DNA of 39,552 nucleotides from Octopus bimaculoides (taxonomy: Eukaryota): the NCBI RefSeq assembly GCF_001194135.2, contig NC_068991.1, forward strand, positions 58,401,098 to 58,440,649, given 5' to 3'. Shown one piece after another: positions 35,280 to 39,552 of the stretch (within the stretch, counting starts at the first letter, position 1; each line of letters opens with the position of its first letter). The position numbers were made by a program, and so were the translations under genes. The notes beneath the pieces are model-generated. The model was given only the letters and a program-made list of their open reading frames with translations. It had not been told where the DNA came from and did no database searches.

Positions 35280-35837
35280 TGTATGTACGTATGTACGTCT
35301 GTACGTATGTATGTATGTATGTATGTATGTATGTATGTATGTACGTGTGCATGTATGTATGTATTTATGTATGTATGTATTTACGTATGTACGTATGTAT
35401 GTATGTATGTATGTAGGTAGGTAGGTAGGTAGGTAGGTAGGTTGATAGTAGGTAATTATGTATGTATGTATGTATGCTTGTATGTATATATAAATATATA
35501 TACATATATGTATGTATGCTTGCATATANNNNNNNNNNNNNNNNNNNNNNNNNNNNNNNNNNNNNNNNNNNNNNNNNNNNNNNNNNNNNNNNNNNNNNNN
35601 NNNNNNNNNNNNNNNNNNNNNNNNNNNNNNNNNNNNNNNNNNNNNNNNNNNNNNNNNNNNNNNNNNNNNNNNNNNNNNNNNNNNNNNNNNNNNNNNNNNN
35701 NNNNNNATATATATATATACATATATATATATGTATATATATTTGTGTGTATATGTGCATATGTATGCATTATAATTGTACATATGGATATCTGTTGAGA
35801 CAGTGGTAGATAAACAGATAAATAAGAAGTATGTGTC

Positions 35838-35885
<48 letters not shown>
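35280..35885. repeat. (TATG)n/(GGTA)n/(TA)n/(GA)n block with gap 35529-35706
   Basis: Directly visible. Confidence 0.95.
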
Positions 35886-35888
<3 letters not shown>

Positions 35889-36644
35889 GAAAGAGAGAAA
35901 ACGTAAAAGGAATTACTAAAAATATTGAACTCTGTATTAAAAAAATGTAAATTTAAGAAACTGTCACAATAATATAAAACGATAGGAAGACAATTCTCTT
36001 CTTGTGCTACGCGTAGCAGTATTGTTATCATGCGAAAATTCTATAAATATTGTGTCTTTTGAGACACGATTTCAATGAATTTACAGGCAAGTTGATACCT
36101 AAATTAAATTAGTTTTCATTCAATGCTTCTAATCCATAAACGGCGAACAATTTCCGCCGCCAGTCTCTGAAAACTGATTCTAAAACAAGTTTCTTATTCT
36201 TGTTATAAAATCTAGAGCAGCGGTATTATTTGTTAACAAACTCATTCAGTGAGACATTTATTCTATATTTTCAAATACTTCTCTATTATATTTGTTTATT
36301 ATACGCTAGTATTATGTATTGATTTTAGTATTTATTTTTCAATTAATATTGCCGTTTCTTTGTTCTTGCTTTTCCTTTGGTGTTTGCTACTGTATTTTTT
36401 TTATATAAATATTTGTTTGAAATGTTTCATAGAAAAGATTAAATTTTTATAAATGGAAAAAAAAATATAATTCTCTGCCGCTATTCCTATACAAAGATTC
36501 AGAGAATAAATGTCGTTGTTACGAGTTCCTTGCACATTTAGTTGAATCCAAGTGGGACCCAAAATCTTCATTGATTATACCAATGACAAATGTAGAATTA
36601 GACACTGTATTTGATTGAATACATAGTTAATATCGTCTTTCACT

Positions 36645-36826
36645 AAAGCGGCGAACTGGCAGAATCGTTAGCGTGCCGGAAATGATGCTTAGCGGCATGT
36701 CGTCCATCTTTTTACTTTGACATTCATCCCTTTCGGAGTCAATAACAAAATATACCAGTTGGACACTGGAGTCAATGTAACAGGCGCACCCACACCCTCC
36801 GAAATTACCGGCTTGTTGCCCAGCTA
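36645..36826 (+). mobile_element. SINE family B with internal deletion
   Basis: gcggcgaactggcagaatcgttagcgtgccgg...atgcttagcggcatgtcgtcc...cattcatccctttcggagtcaataa...taccagttggacactggagtc. Confidence 0.88.
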
Positions 36827-36849
36827 TGAAACCAATCTTATCTTCCAGA

Positions 36850-37060
36850 GGTTGTGAGCTAGCAGAACTGTTAGCACGCCGTACAAACTGCTTAGCAACA
36901 TTTCCTCCGTCTTTATATTCTGAATCAAGATTTCTCGAGGTTGAATTTACATTTCATTCTTTCAGGATTGTCAAAGTATGTACCAGTCGAGCACTAGGAT
37001 CGATGTTATCGACGTACCCACTGACCCGTAATTACTGATCTCGTGCCATGTTTGACACCA
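36850..37060 (+). mobile_element. SINE family B, in tandem with the previous copy
   Basis: gtgagctagcagaactgttagcacgccg...tgcttagcaacatttcctccgtctttatattctga...gtaccagtcgagcactaggatcgatgttatcgac. Confidence 0.85.
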
Positions 37061-37309
37061 ATATCATCTTTTAGTACTCTCAGTGCTAGCAGCCTTGAGA
37101 GTTAATACTTTGTTTGGTGGTATATAAAGTGGACTCTTTGTTGTATTTCGGTACGGGCATTTTGTCAATAATAAGCTCACGCACAGATTCAATTTCACTT
37201 CTTTTTTATTCGTCATTTGGTTAGTCGTTCAATTCTAGTGCAGATTGATTGATTAACTGAATTACTCGCCAAGCAACTGATTAAGTCATTGGTAAAACAG
37301 AAAACAGTG

Positions 37310-37622
37310 GAGGCGCAATGGCCCAGTGGTTAGGGCAGCTGACTCGCGGTCGGAGGATCCCGGTTTCGATTCCCAGAGCGGGCGTTGTGTGTGTTTCTTG
37401 AGCGAAAACACCTAAAGCTGCACGAGGCTCCGGCAGGGGGTAGGGGCGACCCCTGTTGTATTCTTTCGCCCCAACTTTCTCTCACGCTTTCTTCCTGTTT
37501 CTTGAGTAAAGCTGCGATGGACTGGTGTCACGTCCAGCTGGGGGTGGGGGCACATACGCCATAGAAACCGGGAAACCGGGCCCATTAGCCTGGCTAGGCT
37601 TTAAAAGGGCGAAAAAAAGAAA
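37310..37622 (+). mobile_element. SINE family A, full length with A-rich tail and 11-bp TSD
   Basis: A box tggcccagtgg and B-box-like gtttcgattccc. TSD AGAAAACAGTG at 37299-37309 and 37623-37633. Confidence 0.93.
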
Positions 37623-38631
37623 AGAAAACAGTGACGAATTTGACAGGTGAAAACGAAAACAGGTGCGTCTATTGATTACATGCTTAATAACCCTCCCGAG
37701 ATACAACATCTGTTTCCAAAGACAAGATCATGTAAAAATATCTCTCCAGCCAAATGCAAAAAATAACACACATTTCTCTCAACCCAAAAGAAGTTTTTAA
37801 AAACCCACCTCAGGTGCTATATGCACAGTTCAGTTTTTATTACATGCATAAATGTACAAAAAACTTCCTTGTTGCCTTTTACTGAATATGCTCTGCTGAA
37901 ATAGTGGTGTTCTTAATATGCCTGCGAATCTTTTATGCCATCATTTTAGACTCTGTCTTTAACTCTACAGATATTTAGACTCTGCTTTTAACCCTGACAG
38001 TGCCAGAAATATAAGTACTTTTGATACTCTGGACTTCCGTTATTCAGATTTTTTCGAATTCAATGACCTCCTTTCACTGCAAGAAATCAATATTACTATT
38101 AGCTCTAGCTCAGCTAATGTTTTAAAATCACCAAATTAATATGCATATATATGGTAATTATTTATAGTTATCTGTCATAATGATAGATGAGAATATCTGA
38201 GGACTTTACGCTGAAGTATTAAGATTTGTACAATATTCTTTTGTAATAAAATTTCAAAGTCGCTTGGAAACTTGCATATTAATTCTAATTGGCGAAAATT
38301 GCATTAATCTGCGAAGGAATTAAATCTAAATAATTCTTTAAATATTTAAATGTCTGCGAATTATCTCAACATACTTTTAAAGTCCAGTCAGAATCGATTA
38401 CGCATATCCAATAATATATATATATGTACACGTGTGTGTGTCTGCGTGTGCATATGTGTGAGTGTTTGCGTGTGTATCTGTGTGTGTGTGTATGTGTGTG
38501 TGTGTAAAATTAATTTTTTTTCTTTTCTGTTTAACTTTATTAATAAACTATTTGATATTCACCTCGTGAAAACTTACACATCCACACAAATACACACACC
38601 ATTTCACTTTATAATAATCAGTAGAATACAA

Positions 38632-38830
38632 AATGGTGATGAGCTGGCTGAATTTTTAGCACCTTCGACAAAATGCTAAGTTGCATTTATTCCCGCTCTT
38701 TACGTTGTGATTTCAAATCACGCCGAAGTCAAATTTGCTTTTTTTATGGTATTAGAGGACGATAAAATAAAGTACCAAACAGGTAAAGGGATCGATGTAA
38801 TTGATTTTTCCGCTCCAAATTTGTTGGTCT
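38632..38830 (+). mobile_element. SINE family B, diverged
   Basis: ggtgatgagctggctgaatttttagcacc...ctttacgttgtgatttcaaatcacgccgaagtc...gataaaataaagtacc...gggatcgatgtaattgat. Confidence 0.8.
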
Positions 38831-39037
38831 TGTAGCTCGCAACGGTCTGGCTGAGAAGAACAGAAACGGTGACAGCAGTAACGAAGATAATATCATGAGA
38901 CCCAGTGACAACGAACCAACAGCGTTAGCAAGAGTAACGACAGCAACAACAACTAGTTGCAGCAGAAGAAAACAATAGCAACAACAACATAAAGGCAAAA
39001 AATAACATCATCAGAAGCATCAACAATATCATTCCTA

Positions 39038-39403
39038 ACAAGAGCACTCAGGGAGCGCAAACCTCCGCCAAGGCAACACCAACGTCCTCTCAATGATCAA
39101 CCAGAGATGATTTTTAAAATAAGAATACCTGATATAAACTCGACTGCTCTCACAAATGAGAATACTAAAAATGAACCCGACCGCTCTCAAAAATTAACGG
39201 GAAAAAAACAGGAAAAAATAATCCAGAATTCTTCTCCGGTACCAGATCGATCCCAAAATCTAAGCAGTTCGTGCTAGTCACGAGGCCAAACATCCCTGAA
39301 AGTTTCATCCGAATCCATCCGGTGGTTCACAAGATAGCTTGTCCACGGACGAAAAAAAAGACAAACACAATTGAAAACAATACCTCCGCCTTCGTTAAGG
39401 CAG

Positions 39404-39407
<4 letters not shown>
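39038..39407 (-). mobile_element. Non-autonomous Helentron-associated element (HINE/DINE-1-like architecture)
   Basis: On the minus strand the 5' end is ACCACTGCC-TTAACGAA-GGCGGAGGT (subTIR plus internal inverted repeat). The 3' end has subTIR GGCGGAGGT (39061-39069), then hairpin GCGCTC-CCT-GAGTGC (39044-39058), then TCTTGTT. T-rich flanks and no TSD seen. Confidence 0.75.
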
Positions 39408-39437
<30 letters not shown>

Positions 39438-39439
<2 letters not shown>

Positions 39440-39552
39440 GAGCACTCAGAGAGTGCCAAACCTCCACCAAGGTTACTCCAACGTCCTCTCAACGATTAAC
39501 CAGAGATGATCTTTAAAATGAGAATATCTGAAATAAACTCGACTGCTCTCAC
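39438..39552 (-). mobile_element. Second, tandem copy of the HINE-like element (runs off the window)
   Basis: aagagcactcagagagtgccaaacctccaccaagg...aaactcgactgctctcac is colinear with 39040-39152. Perfect hairpin GCACTC-AGA-GAGTGC at 39442-39456. Separated from copy 1 by (TAA)n. Confidence 0.8.

Overview
AT-rich, repeat-saturated animal DNA from a gapped scaffold (14 N runs, 12 of them flanked by (TA)n on at least one side). I found no host protein-coding gene that I can recognise. Almost all listed ORFs are artefacts of microsatellites or N runs. The SINE set and the extreme microsatellite load suggest an octopus (inference from recalled repeat families, not a search). The window holds four tRNA-derived SINE families (about 21 copies or fragments), a near full-length degraded DD37D (maT-type) Tc1/mariner with TIRs and TA TSD, a mariner MITE and a DD41D-like remnant. 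It also holds LINE remnants of the RTE, CR1, R4/Dong and probably Tx1 types, and a tandem pair of Helentron-associated (HINE-like) elements. The most unusual structures are: a foldback array carrying an internal tRNA-like cassette (33059-33694); a 69-bp inverted repeat fused to a minimal hammerhead-like motif (30363-30614); a 207-bp near-perfect palindrome (28118-28324); a pre-miRNA-sized hairpin (18165-18228); and a probable Tx1 5' end starting exactly where a SINE is truncated (6350/6351). Family assignments come from reading motifs by eye and need confirmation with HMM or consensus searches.
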